Shown piece by piece: positions 48,750-57,927 of a DNA stretch of 64,000 nt (position 1 is its first letter; every line of letters starts with the position of its first letter). The position numbers and the translations under genes were made by a program. Under the pieces are notes generated by a model. It ran no database searches. It was not told where the DNA came from and was given only the letters and a program-made list of their open reading frames with translations. Location: contig JAUSJH010000002.1 in the NCBI GenBank assembly GCA_030647655.1, positions 130,445-194,444 on the forward strand. The letters are read 5' to 3'. Source of the stretch: a bacterium (GTDB lineage: Bacteria; Patescibacteriota; Minisyncoccia; Phycocordibacterales; UBA2100).

Positions 48750-49847
48750 ATGCGGAAAGGACGGATGGACAAGACTTTGCTTTTGCTCATACTCGCGCTC
48801 GTGTTCGGCGGCACTTTGATTTTTGCGTCTGCCGCGTTTGGTCTTCTGGCACGCGGGCAGGTGAGCATGACCTCTGTAGTCTTCAATCACTTAGTTCTTG
48901 GCATCGGACTCGGGCTTGTGGGACTTTTTGCGCTGTCATTCTTTGATTATCGCAAATGGCGCCTTTTCGCGCCCTATTGTTTCGGGCTCGCCCTTATTGC
49001 AACAGCTCTCGTATTTATTCCGCAGGTAGGCCTCTCGCACGGCGGAGGGACGCGTTGGCTCGACATATTCGGGGTCTCTGTCCAACCTTCGGAAGGTTTG
49101 AAGTTGGCAACGATCATGGTGGCCGCCCTCTACTTCGCGGCTATCCGCACCCATGTCGGGTCTCTCGTGTGGGGCTTGGGCGGATTTCTTGCCATTATCG
49201 CGCTACCGACCGTGCTCCTCGTACTTCAACCTGACATCGGAACCCTCTTTATCATCTGTATATCGGTCTTCGCTGTCTATGCTGCCGCCGGTGCCCGCGC
49301 GCGTGACATCGGCGTAGCAATCATCATCGCCATCGTGTGCCTCGGTGCCATTCTCTACGCGAAGCCGCATGCGCGCGACCGCGTGATGACCTTCCTCAAT
49401 CCCGCGCAAAACCAGCAGGCGCAAGGCTACCAGATCCGCCAATCGCTTATCGCCATCGGCTCGGGGCAAATTCTTGGGCGCGGACTTGGGCAAGGTGTCC
49501 AAAAATTCAAATATCTTCCGGAGCCGATGGGGGATTCAATATTCGCTGTCGCTGGTGAAGAGCTCGGCTTTGTGGGTACCGTCGGTATCGTTCTCTTATT
49601 TCTTTTTGTCGCTCTTCGCGGATTCGCGGTCGCCGCGCGCACCGCTGATTCTTTCGGCGGCCTTTTGGCCGTCGGCATCTCGACATACCTTGTGAGCGAA
49701 GCTTTCATTAATATCGCCGCGATGCTCGGCGTTTTCCCCCTGACCGGCATCCCGCTTACGTTCATCTCCCAAGGCGGCACTGCGATGCTCGTCTCACTCG
49801 CCAGCGCCGGCATACTGCTCAACATCTCGCGGCACCAAAAAAAATGA
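48750..49847 (+). CDS. ftsW: SEDS-family peptidoglycan glycosyltransferase FtsW/RodA
   Basis: QPSEGLKLATIMV, LQPDIGT, GEELGFVGT, and about 10 TM helices. Confidence 0.85.
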   Translation: MRKGRMDKTLLLLILALVFGGTLIFASAAFGLLARGQVSMTSVVFNHLVLGIGLGLVGLFALSFFDYRKWRLFAPYCFGLALIATALVFIPQVGLSHGGGTRWLDIFGVSVQPSEGLKLATIMVAALYFAAIRTHVGSLVWGLGGFLAIIALPTVLLVLQPDIGTLFIICISVFAVYAAAGARARDIGVAIIIAIVCLGAILYAKPHARDRVMTFLNPAQNQQAQGYQIRQSLIAIGSGQILGRGLGQGVQKFKYLPEPMGDSIFAVAGEELGFVGTVGIVLLFLFVALRGFAVAARTADSFGGLLAVGISTYLVSEAFINIAAMLGVFPLTGIPLTFISQGGTAMLVSLASAGILLNISRHQKK

Positions 49848-49867
49848 GGCCCCGCGGAGGAGGCCTC
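49846..49867 (+). terminator. hairpin after ftsW
   Basis: GAGGCC-ccgcggagga-GGCCTC; no U-tract. Confidence 0.35.
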
Positions 49868-49899
49868 AATGAGTGTCCTGCGGCTTGATTCGCGTGCTT

Positions 49900-50061
49900 T
49901 CAGACGCTTTTAGCCCACGCGTGCAAGACTATGGCTAATGACTTCTTGTCGGAATCCTTGAATGCCGACGGATTCTCGATTATCTGAGCTGCCAGCTCGA
50001 TGCTGTGCTTGAAGTCGCTCCTGGTGTTATTTCCGGGAAGAGTAATGGTATCGCCTGGCAT
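49900..50061 (-). CDS. possible unannotated 53-aa ORF in the ftsW-murG gap
   Basis: ATG at 50061-50059 is preceded by AAGAGAGGG (SD-like). The peptide is MPGDTITLPGNNTRSDFKHSIELAAQIIENPSAFKDSDKKSLAIVLHAWAKSV; no family recognised. Confidence 0.2.
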   Translation of the reverse strand: MPGDTITLPGNNTRSDFKHSIELAAQIIENPSAFKDSDKKSLAIVLHAWAKSV

Positions 50062-50225
50062 GACGTACGTCCCTCTCTTAGTTGCCGCAGCAATGGCTGA
50101 ATGTCTTCAGATGCTGCTTACGACAACCGAGATACTTTCAAACTGGTTCGATTTAATCACGAGAAGAGTGTTTTGTCAATAAAACCCGTGTATCGACCTA
50201 AAATCATGTTAAAATCCTAAGACGT

Positions 50226-51368
50226 ATGCGTATCGTGCTCGTGGGCGGGGGAACGGGGGGACACTTTTATCCTCTCATTGCCGTTGCGGAAGCGATAGAA
50301 GACCTCTGCAAGGAGCGGACGCTCATCGAGCCCGAGCTCTACTATGTGGGTCCGCCCCCATTCGATGCCGAGGCCCTGCTTGAGCACGACATAATCTATG
50401 TCCCGAGCTCCGCCGGCAAGGTGCGGCGATATCCCAGTATTCTCAATTTCTTGAGTGTCTTCGTCAACGCCATAGGGGTTATCCGTTCGACATTCCAACT
50501 TTTCAATCTCTATCCCGACGTTGTATTTTCGACCGGAGGATACGCCGCTTTCCCCACCCTCTACGCGGCGCGGCTTTTACGCATACCTGTCGTCATCTAT
50601 GATGCCGATGCGACCCCGGGGCGCGTATCTCTGTGGTCGGCAAAATTTGCCAAATGGATAGCGCTCGCGCATCAAGGCGCGGCAGGTAAATTCGCGCCGC
50701 GCGTGCGCGACCGCATTGCATCCGTCGGACATCCTATTCGCAAAGAAATCGTTGGGCCGGCAAAGGAAGGCGGGCATGAATTCCTCAAACTCGATAAGGC
50801 GGTTCCCACCATTTTTATCATGGGCGGCTCGCAAGGGGCTCGTGCCATCAACGAGGTCGTCTTGGACGCACTCGCCGACCTTACCGCTGAATTCAACGTG
50901 GTTCATCAGGTGGGGACCGCAAACCTCGTTGAGACCGGCAACATCAGCTCCGTCGTTCTGAAGAATTCGCGGTTCAAGGAGCGCTACAAGATATTCGGCC
51001 TCCTCAACACATTCGCATTGCGCATGGCCGCCGGCATTTCTACCCTCGTCGTCGCGCGCGCGGGCTCCGGCACGATATTCGAAGTCGCAAGCTGGGGTCT
51101 GCCCTCTATTCTCGTGCCTATTCCACTTGATGTCTCACACGACCAAACCGAGAACGCCTTCGCCTTCGCTCGGGCGGGAGCGGCGACAGTAATCGAACAG
51201 CGCAACCTTTCGCCGCACCTTCTTGTGGCCGAGATACAGCGCATCGCGGGAGACCCCGCCCTCCAGGCAAAAATGTCAGCAGCGGCGCATTCTTTTGCGC
51301 GGCCGGACGCGGCAAAAAAGATAGCCATGGTGCTCTTGGAAACCGTGATAGAACATGAACCCAAATAA
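50226..51368 (+). CDS. murG: undecaprenyldiphospho-muramoylpentapeptide beta-N-acetylglucosaminyltransferase
   Basis: IVLVGGGTGGHFYPLIAVAE...GGSQGA... Confidence 0.9.
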   Translation: MRIVLVGGGTGGHFYPLIAVAEAIEDLCKERTLIEPELYYVGPPPFDAEALLEHDIIYVPSSAGKVRRYPSILNFLSVFVNAIGVIRSTFQLFNLYPDVVFSTGGYAAFPTLYAARLLRIPVVIYDADATPGRVSLWSAKFAKWIALAHQGAAGKFAPRVRDRIASVGHPIRKEIVGPAKEGGHEFLKLDKAVPTIFIMGGSQGARAINEVVLDALADLTAEFNVVHQVGTANLVETGNISSVVLKNSRFKERYKIFGLLNTFALRMAAGISTLVVARAGSGTIFEVASWGLPSILVPIPLDVSHDQTENAFAFARAGAATVIEQRNLSPHLLVAEIQRIAGDPALQAKMSAAAHSFARPDAAKKIAMVLLETVIEHEPK

Positions 51369-52722
51369 ACAAAACGGTGTTCGAGTGAGATTTCCACCAA
51401 GTCCTACCGGATATTGCCACGTGGGTACAGCGCGTATGGCGGTATTGAATTATCTTTTTGCCCGCAAGAACGACGGTCACATAATTTTCCGGAGCGAAGA
51501 CACGGATAAAGAGCGCAGCACTAAAGAGTATGAAGAGGATATTATGGAGAGCGTTAAGTGGCTTGGCCTCGACTGGGACGAGTTCTATCGGCAATCGGAA
51601 CGAACTTCTGTGTATGTGCATGCGCTCCAGACGCTGATAGACAAAGACGCGGCATACGTTTCCGAAGAGGAGAGCAAAAAAGAAGCCGGGCAAATAGTCA
51701 AAGTCGTTCGACTCAAAAATCCCAACAAAGTCGTAAAATTCCAAGACGCTATCCGCGGAGAAATATCCTTTGACACCACCGAACTCAAGGATTTCGTCGT
51801 CGCACGTGCGATAGACGATCCACTCTACCACTTGTCCGTTGTCGTAGACGATGCTGATATGGGCATTACACATGTCATCCGCGGCGAAGAACACATTTCC
51901 AACACTCCGCGCCAGATACTCATTCAGGAAGCTCTCGGGTACGCGCGGCCCATATACGCGCACTATCCGCTCTTTCTTGGCGCCGACAAATCCAAGCTTT
52001 CAAAACGGAAAGGGGACGTCGCGGTACGCGATTATCGCGAGGATGGTTTTTTACCGGAGGCGATGCTCAACTTCGTCGGCATCTTGGGATGGACGCCGCC
52101 GTCTGGAAAGGAAATCTTGTCCCTCGGAGAAATGGTGCAGGAGTTTGACATCAAAGACCTGCATAAAAGCGGAGCAGTATTCGATATGGATAAACTTCGC
52201 TGGTATAACAGACAGTATCTACTGAAAAAGGATGACGTTGAATTCGCCGCGTATGCACTGCCGCCACTCGAGAACGCTTTGAAAGAAAGGGGTGTTTCTT
52301 GGGATGAAAATACGGCAAAAAAACTGGTGCAGGACTTGAAAGAACGCATTTCTGTTGCCGCAGACATATCAGAATCCGCTATGGCAGGGGAGTTCGATTT
52401 CTTCTTTGCAGACCCGATGCCTGATCTTTCTCATATCCCGCAAAAGGGTGGGAGCGTTTCGGACACAATTGCTCATCTGGAATCGGCGAAAAACCTGCTC
52501 TATAAGCTCGAAAATGAGGCGTGGAGCGACGCAGAGCGTATAAAGGGCGCCGTGTGGGAATATGCGACAAGTGCGGGCCGTGGCGCGGTTCTTTGGCCGC
52601 TTCGGTACGCTCTTACTGGGAAAGATAAGAGTCCGGACCCTTTTGAGGTCGCCTCGGTACTAGGTAAAACGGCCGCACTAAGGCGCATTGATAACGCTCT
52701 AAAAATCCTCCAGACCGTATGA
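51355..52722 (+). CDS. gltX: glutamate--tRNA ligase
   Basis: RFPPSPTGYCHVGTARMAVLNYLFA (HIGH-like region) and KLSKRKG. Confidence 0.9.
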   Translation: MNPNKQNGVRVRFPPSPTGYCHVGTARMAVLNYLFARKNDGHIIFRSEDTDKERSTKEYEEDIMESVKWLGLDWDEFYRQSERTSVYVHALQTLIDKDAAYVSEEESKKEAGQIVKVVRLKNPNKVVKFQDAIRGEISFDTTELKDFVVARAIDDPLYHLSVVVDDADMGITHVIRGEEHISNTPRQILIQEALGYARPIYAHYPLFLGADKSKLSKRKGDVAVRDYREDGFLPEAMLNFVGILGWTPPSGKEILSLGEMVQEFDIKDLHKSGAVFDMDKLRWYNRQYLLKKDDVEFAAYALPPLENALKERGVSWDENTAKKLVQDLKERISVAADISESAMAGEFDFFFADPMPDLSHIPQKGGSVSDTIAHLESAKNLLYKLENEAWSDAERIKGAVWEYATSAGRGAVLWPLRYALTGKDKSPDPFEVASVLGKTAALRRIDNALKILQTV

Positions 52723-54005
52723 CGAGAGTTACCGCGGTACCGGCCGCGCTCGTTTTGCTCGCGGTCATGCTCCTTCCCGCGCTCGGGTGGGGGCAAAGCG
52801 ACGCGCCGAGCGAGATACAGCGGCAAATAGACGCTCACAATGCGCAGATTACGGCTCTCGACAAAGAGATCGCGCAATATCAGGTGCAGCTCGACGCCGT
52901 CGGGAGCAAAAAGAAAACCCTGCAAAATACGCTCTCGCAATTAGATCTATCCATAAAGAAAGCGACCGCTTCCATCAATGCGACGAAAAATAAGATAAGT
53001 GCGACACAACTTGAGATACAACAGCTTGCGCGCGGTATCGCTGGGAAACAGGCTTCGATAAACACAGGCGAAGCCGGCATTGGTGAATCTATCCGACAGT
53101 TGCACGAGTACGATACGGAGCCGCTTATCGTGCAGATGCTCTCGTCTGCGGATTTCACCGACGTCTGGACCGACGTGGATGCGAATCAAACTTTGCAAAA
53201 AGCTTTAAACGAACAGATAGGGGAGCTTGCGTCTGAAAAACAATCGCTTACCGACACAAAGGTCGCGACGGAAGCGAAAAAAGCCGAGCTCGTGAAGCAG
53301 CAGAATACCTTGGTGGCCCAGCAGGGCTCCTTGAACGCCCAGAAAAAAGCCCAAAGCGAGCTACTCGTACAGACCAAATCACAGGAATCGACATATCAGG
53401 CAATACTTGCCCAAAAACAATCGGCCAAGGCAAGTTTCGAGGCCGCCCTTACCGATTTGAAAGCGCAATTCCAGCACGCGGTCAATCCATCGGAAATTCT
53501 TACGGCCGGAAAGGGGATTCTGCGCTGGCCGCTCGATAACGTACGCATCACGCAGAATTTCGGGAACACTGCGTTTGCGCAATCGGGTGCCTACAACGGC
53601 AAAGGGCATAATGGAGTAGACCTTGCCGCCCCGATAGGGACGCCCATCAAAGCGGCGCTCACGGGCACAGTCCTCGGCACTGGCAACACGGATAGCGTAC
53701 GCGGATGCTATTCGTTCGGCAGATGGATCATGCTCAAACATGCGAACGGTCTAAACACCATGTATTCGCATCTTTCGCAGGTCAGTGTAGCCACAGGACA
53801 ATCTGTGGCGACAGGTGCCCTCATCGGCTACAGCGGAGAAACGGGATACGCCACAGGCCCGCACCTGCACTTCGGAGTCTATGTGACGTCAGCAACACAG
53901 ATAGTGAAGCTTTCGCAAGCGACCAACAAAACAAGCTCGTGTAGCAACGCCATCATGCCGGTCGCTCCATTGTCTGGATATCTAAACCCGATGAATTATC
54001 TTTAA
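52719..54005 (+). CDS. M23 family metallopeptidase with N-terminal coiled coil (EnvC-like)
   Basis: Signal peptide, a long coiled coil, and the M23 catalytic region (GKGHNGVDLAAPIGTPIKA...GPHLHFGVY). Confidence 0.8.
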   Translation: MTRVTAVPAALVLLAVMLLPALGWGQSDAPSEIQRQIDAHNAQITALDKEIAQYQVQLDAVGSKKKTLQNTLSQLDLSIKKATASINATKNKISATQLEIQQLARGIAGKQASINTGEAGIGESIRQLHEYDTEPLIVQMLSSADFTDVWTDVDANQTLQKALNEQIGELASEKQSLTDTKVATEAKKAELVKQQNTLVAQQGSLNAQKKAQSELLVQTKSQESTYQAILAQKQSAKASFEAALTDLKAQFQHAVNPSEILTAGKGILRWPLDNVRITQNFGNTAFAQSGAYNGKGHNGVDLAAPIGTPIKAALTGTVLGTGNTDSVRGCYSFGRWIMLKHANGLNTMYSHLSQVSVATGQSVATGALIGYSGETGYATGPHLHFGVYVTSATQIVKLSQATNKTSSCSNAIMPVAPLSGYLNPMNYL

Positions 54006-54115
54006 GAGAAAGAATTTTTGAGCAATGTATGCTCTGGGGGAGTCAAAATGGATTTCAGAGCCTCAGAGTACATATTTAGATAGCATAGCTGTCTTCCTCA
54101 AGACTGTACTGAAGG

Positions 54116-54157
54116 CCATTGTGCGACTGCGCTTGCTCGGTTGCACAATGGCCGCTA
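54116..54157. promoter_or_regulatory. hairpin/palindrome in the AT-rich M23-exonuclease intergenic region
   Basis: GGCCATTGTGCGA-ctgcgcttgctcgg-TTGCACAATGGCC followed by GCTATCTTTTCC. The core CCATTGTG/CACAATGG also occurs at 4331-4340 and 4431-4440; a related half-site ACATTGTGCGAC lies at 54186. Confidence 0.35.
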
Positions 54158-54409
54158 TCTTTTCCGATGTATATACGTCGGAAAAGAAACATTGTGCGAC
54201 GTGCTCATATTAGGCCACAGACCACATTAGACCACTACCCTGTCAAGAGTTGGCACCCTGTTTTTTCAAAGGCTCTATACAACCCAGAAAATGTTTTGTG
54301 CATTTTTTGTTCGATAGAAAATAAAAATCATTTTCTGCCAGCATCCTCCCCTGATACGAGTCGAAATGTCTCTCGTCTGTAGGGCCCCCTATCCCCTAAC
54401 ACAGTAGCT

Positions 54410-55006
54410 CTATGCTTTTTTCCACGGGATCTCAAACTGCGTGAATTCAGGCAAAAGTTTTCGTCCGTACAAAAGACGCGAGATAACTTCTGCGTGTGAA
54501 AGTGCACCGGTCAGTGCATTGTGCGGAGAGGGCTCTTCGGGGATGCCGCAGTAGTTGAGTACGGCGTCGAGGTCGAGCGCCGAGCGCTGATGTTTGACAG
54601 GCGGCTGCAGTCCTCGATTTATCATGTGCATATAGCAGAGCGTGTGCGTATCAATAGTGCGGTATGCGAATTGCCAGTCTGTGTGGCCCGCGCGCTCGGC
54701 GGCGGCTTTGAGGAAATCTCTGTCGAATGACACATTCTGGCCGGCGAGTGTCTTCTCCTTCACCCCATCGCTCCAATGCAAGAATGCGTGAATTAGGTCT
54801 GATTCGCTCTGTTTTTTTGTGTCGACAATCTGCTCATTCGTAAATCCATTGACCGCGAGCGCTTCATCCATCACATGCGCGCCGTCCCAAATCCGACACT
54901 CCTCATAAAAACGATTGGAGGGATTGGAAAAATCGAGAGCGCCGAGGCTCACGATGGAGTGTTTTTTGGGCTCTGTGCCCGAGGCTTCAACATCAACAAC
55001 AAGCAT
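54410..55006 (-). CDS. DEDDh 3'-5' exonuclease (DnaQ/RNase T superfamily)
   Basis: Exo I (MLVVDVEASG), Exo II (QNVSFDRDFL) and Exo III (HNALTGALSHAE). Confidence 0.75.
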   Translation of the reverse strand: MLVVDVEASGTEPKKHSIVSLGALDFSNPSNRFYEECRIWDGAHVMDEALAVNGFTNEQIVDTKKQSESDLIHAFLHWSDGVKEKTLAGQNVSFDRDFLKAAAERAGHTDWQFAYRTIDTHTLCYMHMINRGLQPPVKHQRSALDLDAVLNYCGIPEEPSPHNALTGALSHAEVISRLLYGRKLLPEFTQFEIPWKKA

Positions 55007-55025
55007 GCTTCCATTGTAGCCTGAA

Positions 55026-55394
55026 TCACTGCGCTGATAAACCCTTGCAATTCTTGGCGGGCGTATATCCTGCTTTGCGTGCGGCATCCTCGCTTTGGAA
55101 CCATCGCTGATTCTGCGGCAAAATCTTGGTGGCACCGGCGCACCACGGATAGTAATAGGCGCTACCCGTTTTCGATGCCACAAATTGGCCGCCGAACGTC
55201 ATCGCACGCACTTTTTGGTCCTCAGGCGCCCGCGTAATGGAAACTGGCGGCCTCACGTCTTCAAAGGCAGAGAGCCGTCCCAATCCAAAGGACGCGAGCG
55301 CCACGAGGAAAAGAATGGCCACAAGCCCCCATTCCGCGATCACGTCTTCGGAAAAGTTCTTGATTTTTAGACGCCATTCGGCTATAGTAGACAC
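55026..55394 (-). CDS. hypothetical membrane-anchored protein with C-terminal Cys-containing motif
   Basis: One TM helix; C-terminal [12 protein letters not shown]...[17 protein letters not shown]. Confidence 0.4.
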   Translation of the reverse strand: MSTIAEWRLKIKNFSEDVIAEWGLVAILFLVALASFGLGRLSAFEDVRPPVSITRAPEDQKVRAMTFGGQFVASKTGSAYYYPWCAGATKILPQNQRWFQSEDAARKAGYTPAKNCKGLSAQ

Positions 55395-55439
55395 TCTTGT
55401 ATTCTACTAGCTACAAGCTACAGGCTACAAGCTCATTTC

Positions 55440-55712
55440 ATGGCAACAACAAAAGCAGGCGGAACAGCTAAAAATCTAAACGATTCAAATCCGAAGTATC
55501 TCGGCGTCAAACGCGCCGACGGGCAAAAAGTCGGCATCGGCGAGATAATCGTGCGCCAACGCGGGACGCTGATACTTGCCGGTAAGAACATCGGGGTCGG
55601 CGTGGACCATACCCTCTTTGCGCGGAGCGCGGGGACCGTACGATTTCGCACCAAGAGAAAAACGAATTTTGACGGGCGCTCGAATCGCCGTAGCATAGTC
55701 GACGTACTCTAA
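55440..55712 (+). CDS. rpmA: 50S ribosomal protein L27
   Basis: [37 protein letters not shown]...[15 protein letters not shown]. Confidence 0.9.
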   Translation: MATTKAGGTAKNLNDSNPKYLGVKRADGQKVGIGEIIVRQRGTLILAGKNIGVGVDHTLFARSAGTVRFRTKRKTNFDGRSNRRSIVDVL

Positions 55713-56155
55713 GAGCTCGCGGTAATAGCGAGATTTATACGCGCTTTTGCGTCTCCCGAGACGATGTCAATAGCATGCTCCCCTGTTTCTTTAATGGGCT
55801 TCTCTAGTTGAATAGCCTCGATAAGAAGGTGCACGCCTTTCTTCTCTGATATCGCATTAGCGACATCGCGCGCAACTATCGATTTAAAAAGGCCACCTTT
55901 TTCCGTGGCGCGGGCTGATATCTCGATACGAGCACCTTCGAGACTCTGAATCGCCACTCTGAGCGCCTTCGTGGCCTCTTCCCGCGCCTCCTCTTCCCTC
56001 TTTTGTGCTGTGGCATGCGCCGCAATTTTTTCTGGCGTTGCTTGGACTGCAAGCCCGCGCGCAATGAGAAAATTCAAGCCGTATCCATCGGAAACTTCTT
56101 TCACCGCCCCGTGTTGCCCCACCTTCGCCACATCCTTGAGCAAAATGACTTTCAT
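55709..56155 (-). CDS. rplI: 50S ribosomal protein L9
   Basis: [31 protein letters not shown]... is typical L9. Confidence 0.85.
   Translation of the reverse strand: MKVILLKDVAKVGQHGAVKEVSDGYGLNFLIARGLAVQATPEKIAAHATAQKREEEAREEATKALRVAIQSLEGARIEISARATEKGGLFKSIVARDVANAISEKKGVHLLIEAIQLEKPIKETGEHAIDIVSGDAKARINLAITASS
56116..56155. repeat. direct repeat, copy 1 (rplI 5' end)
   Basis: ccccaccttcgccacatccttgagcaaaatgactttcat; a near-identical copy lies at 56634-56672. Confidence 0.8.
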
Positions 56156-56379
56156 GGAAGTATTGAAACAAGATTATTTGCAATAACCGTGTTTTTTGAT
56201 CTGTCGTCGTATATGTTTAACTTCTTTCTCTCCTATGAACTTTTCGAACCGCTTTTTCAAAACAAGACAAACGGTGCACACCCCTTCTTTTTTTTGAAAC
56301 GCAAAAATGTTCCAATGCAAGTTCGTATAAGTGAACAGCATCATATTTTGAGAAAGAAATTCGTCGTCGAGCAACCATC

Positions 56380-56586
56380 TTATTGCGGGACCGGCAACTG
56401 ATTGCGCAAGCGGAAGATAAGCCATCCTTCCAGTGCAGACAGCAGGTTGGCTCGGCACTCTTCAAGCGTTCGGCCGGTCGCCCAGACCCCCCGAAGAGCC
56501 TTGATCTCGGCGTAAAAACGCTTTCCGCCGTCAATCATTTCGTCCCATGCCTGGGACAGAAAAGTATCTATAAAATCCTGAATCAT
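56380..56586 (-). CDS. HicB-like antitoxin domain protein (UPF0150/HicB N-domain)
   Basis: DGGKRFYAEIKALRGVWATGRTLEECRANLLSALEGWLIFRL fits the HicB consensus (DG..Y.A.vpeLpGc...G.TlEEa..n..eAl); 68 aa counted from the internal Met. Confidence 0.5.
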   Translation of the reverse strand: MIQDFIDTFLSQAWDEMIDGGKRFYAEIKALRGVWATGRTLEECRANLLSALEGWLIFRLRNQLPVPQ

Positions 56587-56633
56587 TGAGTCACTATAGC
56601 ACAAAGGAGTTTTGCAAACACGCGTCCATACTA

Positions 56634-56672
56634 CCCCACATTCGCCACATCCTTGAGCAAAATGACTTTCAT
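56634..56672. repeat. direct repeat, copy 2 (decoy rplI 5' fragment)
   Basis: ccccacattcgccacatccttgagcaaaatgactttcat. On the minus strand it would encode [13 protein letters not shown] followed by a stop. Confidence 0.8.
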
Positions 56673-56862
56673 TGAAACATTGTAAATCAAATCGGTTCAA
56701 CAATTGGTTGCATTGACATAACCAGCTTCAGTTGTACTATGCGTCCGGCTTGAGCTTCGGCTCTTGCTCCTTGAAACCGGGAGTGCTTCGGCATTCCTTA
56801 TATCCCTCCACCTTTCTTCGGAAAGGCCAACAGGGCTTCGGCCCAAGAGATGGAGAATCTCG

Positions 56863-57855
56863 ATGTCACTCAATAAGAAGTTGTTCGCAAGTGTTAGTGC
56901 TGTGCCGTCCCTTTCGGTCGCACTGGCCAACATGCTACCAGCCAATCGTTTGGCGCATGTGCTCACAATTACGAAGGGTCTCCCCTGCGTGGAAGGCCTC
57001 ACTGACGAGCGTATCGACCTGGAAATCGAACGCCATATCGGATTTATCTTCGACGCAATCGATGATATGTCCGAGATTTCGGAAACGGAGCGCGTTCTCC
57101 GATTTGAAAAGGCGATGGAACTTGCGCGATGGTACATGCGCAATGAATCCGCAGCCAAGATTCCAAAATCAATGGCGAAGTTGCTCGGCGAAGCTGCATC
57201 ACAATGGAGCACCGAACCGAATGAAGATGAGGCACAAAAGTTGCTAAAAAAAATCGCAGACTTCTACCTCAACTCTACAATGAAAGAGGTAAGCGATATC
57301 ACACGTTCGGCGATTAACAGGGCATGTGCGAACTGCTCGCTTGAGCGGTTGGCAAGTTCCTTGATTACGCTCAACGATATCAGGACGTGGAACTTCGGCG
57401 AGAGTATCTTTGACTCTATCGCGATCGGTCTCGTCAGAAAGCAAATTCTCGTTTCTCCGGCGTCAATCGTGCGTGCGGCCAACATCAACCTCGTCGTCGG
57501 TAACACGTTCTCGGAAGCTGCCGAAGGTGCACTCATCAACAAGGCGATTCGAATCGCACAAATCGATCAAGCTGCTCGGTCCTTTATCGGGCATCTTGAA
57601 GTCAACGGAAACTCCCGCTGGTCCCTGGAAAATATCGATGAGGCATCCAACACTGCAACAATCGCGTGCGTGGAAGGTCAGCGCAAGGCTGACGTGCCTC
57701 GGATCATAGAGGGTGCTCTCGAATACGCTCAAGACTGGGACAATCCCTATCAAGGCTTGGTCACGATAGTGCTCAAAGCGTCGCTCAGACCGGAATTCGG
57801 CGTCTTCGAAAGGAAGGCTGTCATATCTGGATCCCAACCGTCACATCGTGGCTGA
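56863..57855 (+). CDS. hypothetical protein (330 aa), no recognisable domain
   Basis: Starts MSLNKKLFASVSAVPSLSVALA (possibly a signal peptide); it lies next to the repeat-flanked cassette. Confidence 0.45.
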   Translation: MSLNKKLFASVSAVPSLSVALANMLPANRLAHVLTITKGLPCVEGLTDERIDLEIERHIGFIFDAIDDMSEISETERVLRFEKAMELARWYMRNESAAKIPKSMAKLLGEAASQWSTEPNEDEAQKLLKKIADFYLNSTMKEVSDITRSAINRACANCSLERLASSLITLNDIRTWNFGESIFDSIAIGLVRKQILVSPASIVRAANINLVVGNTFSEAAEGALINKAIRIAQIDQAARSFIGHLEVNGNSRWSLENIDEASNTATIACVEGQRKADVPRIIEGALEYAQDWDNPYQGLVTIVLKASLRPEFGVFERKAVISGSQPSHRG

Positions 57856-57927
57856 CGGGGTCAGATAAACTACCCTGCTCATTTCCCCTCCCCGTCGGCC
57901 TGCAGCGCGCAGACCGACGGTCTTTTT

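Noticed and set aside
56641-56682. Second copy of the rplI start, which could be read as a tiny gene ([13 protein letters not shown]).
   Set aside because: It reaches a stop after 13 codons, so it is a duplicated fragment (repeat) rather than a gene.
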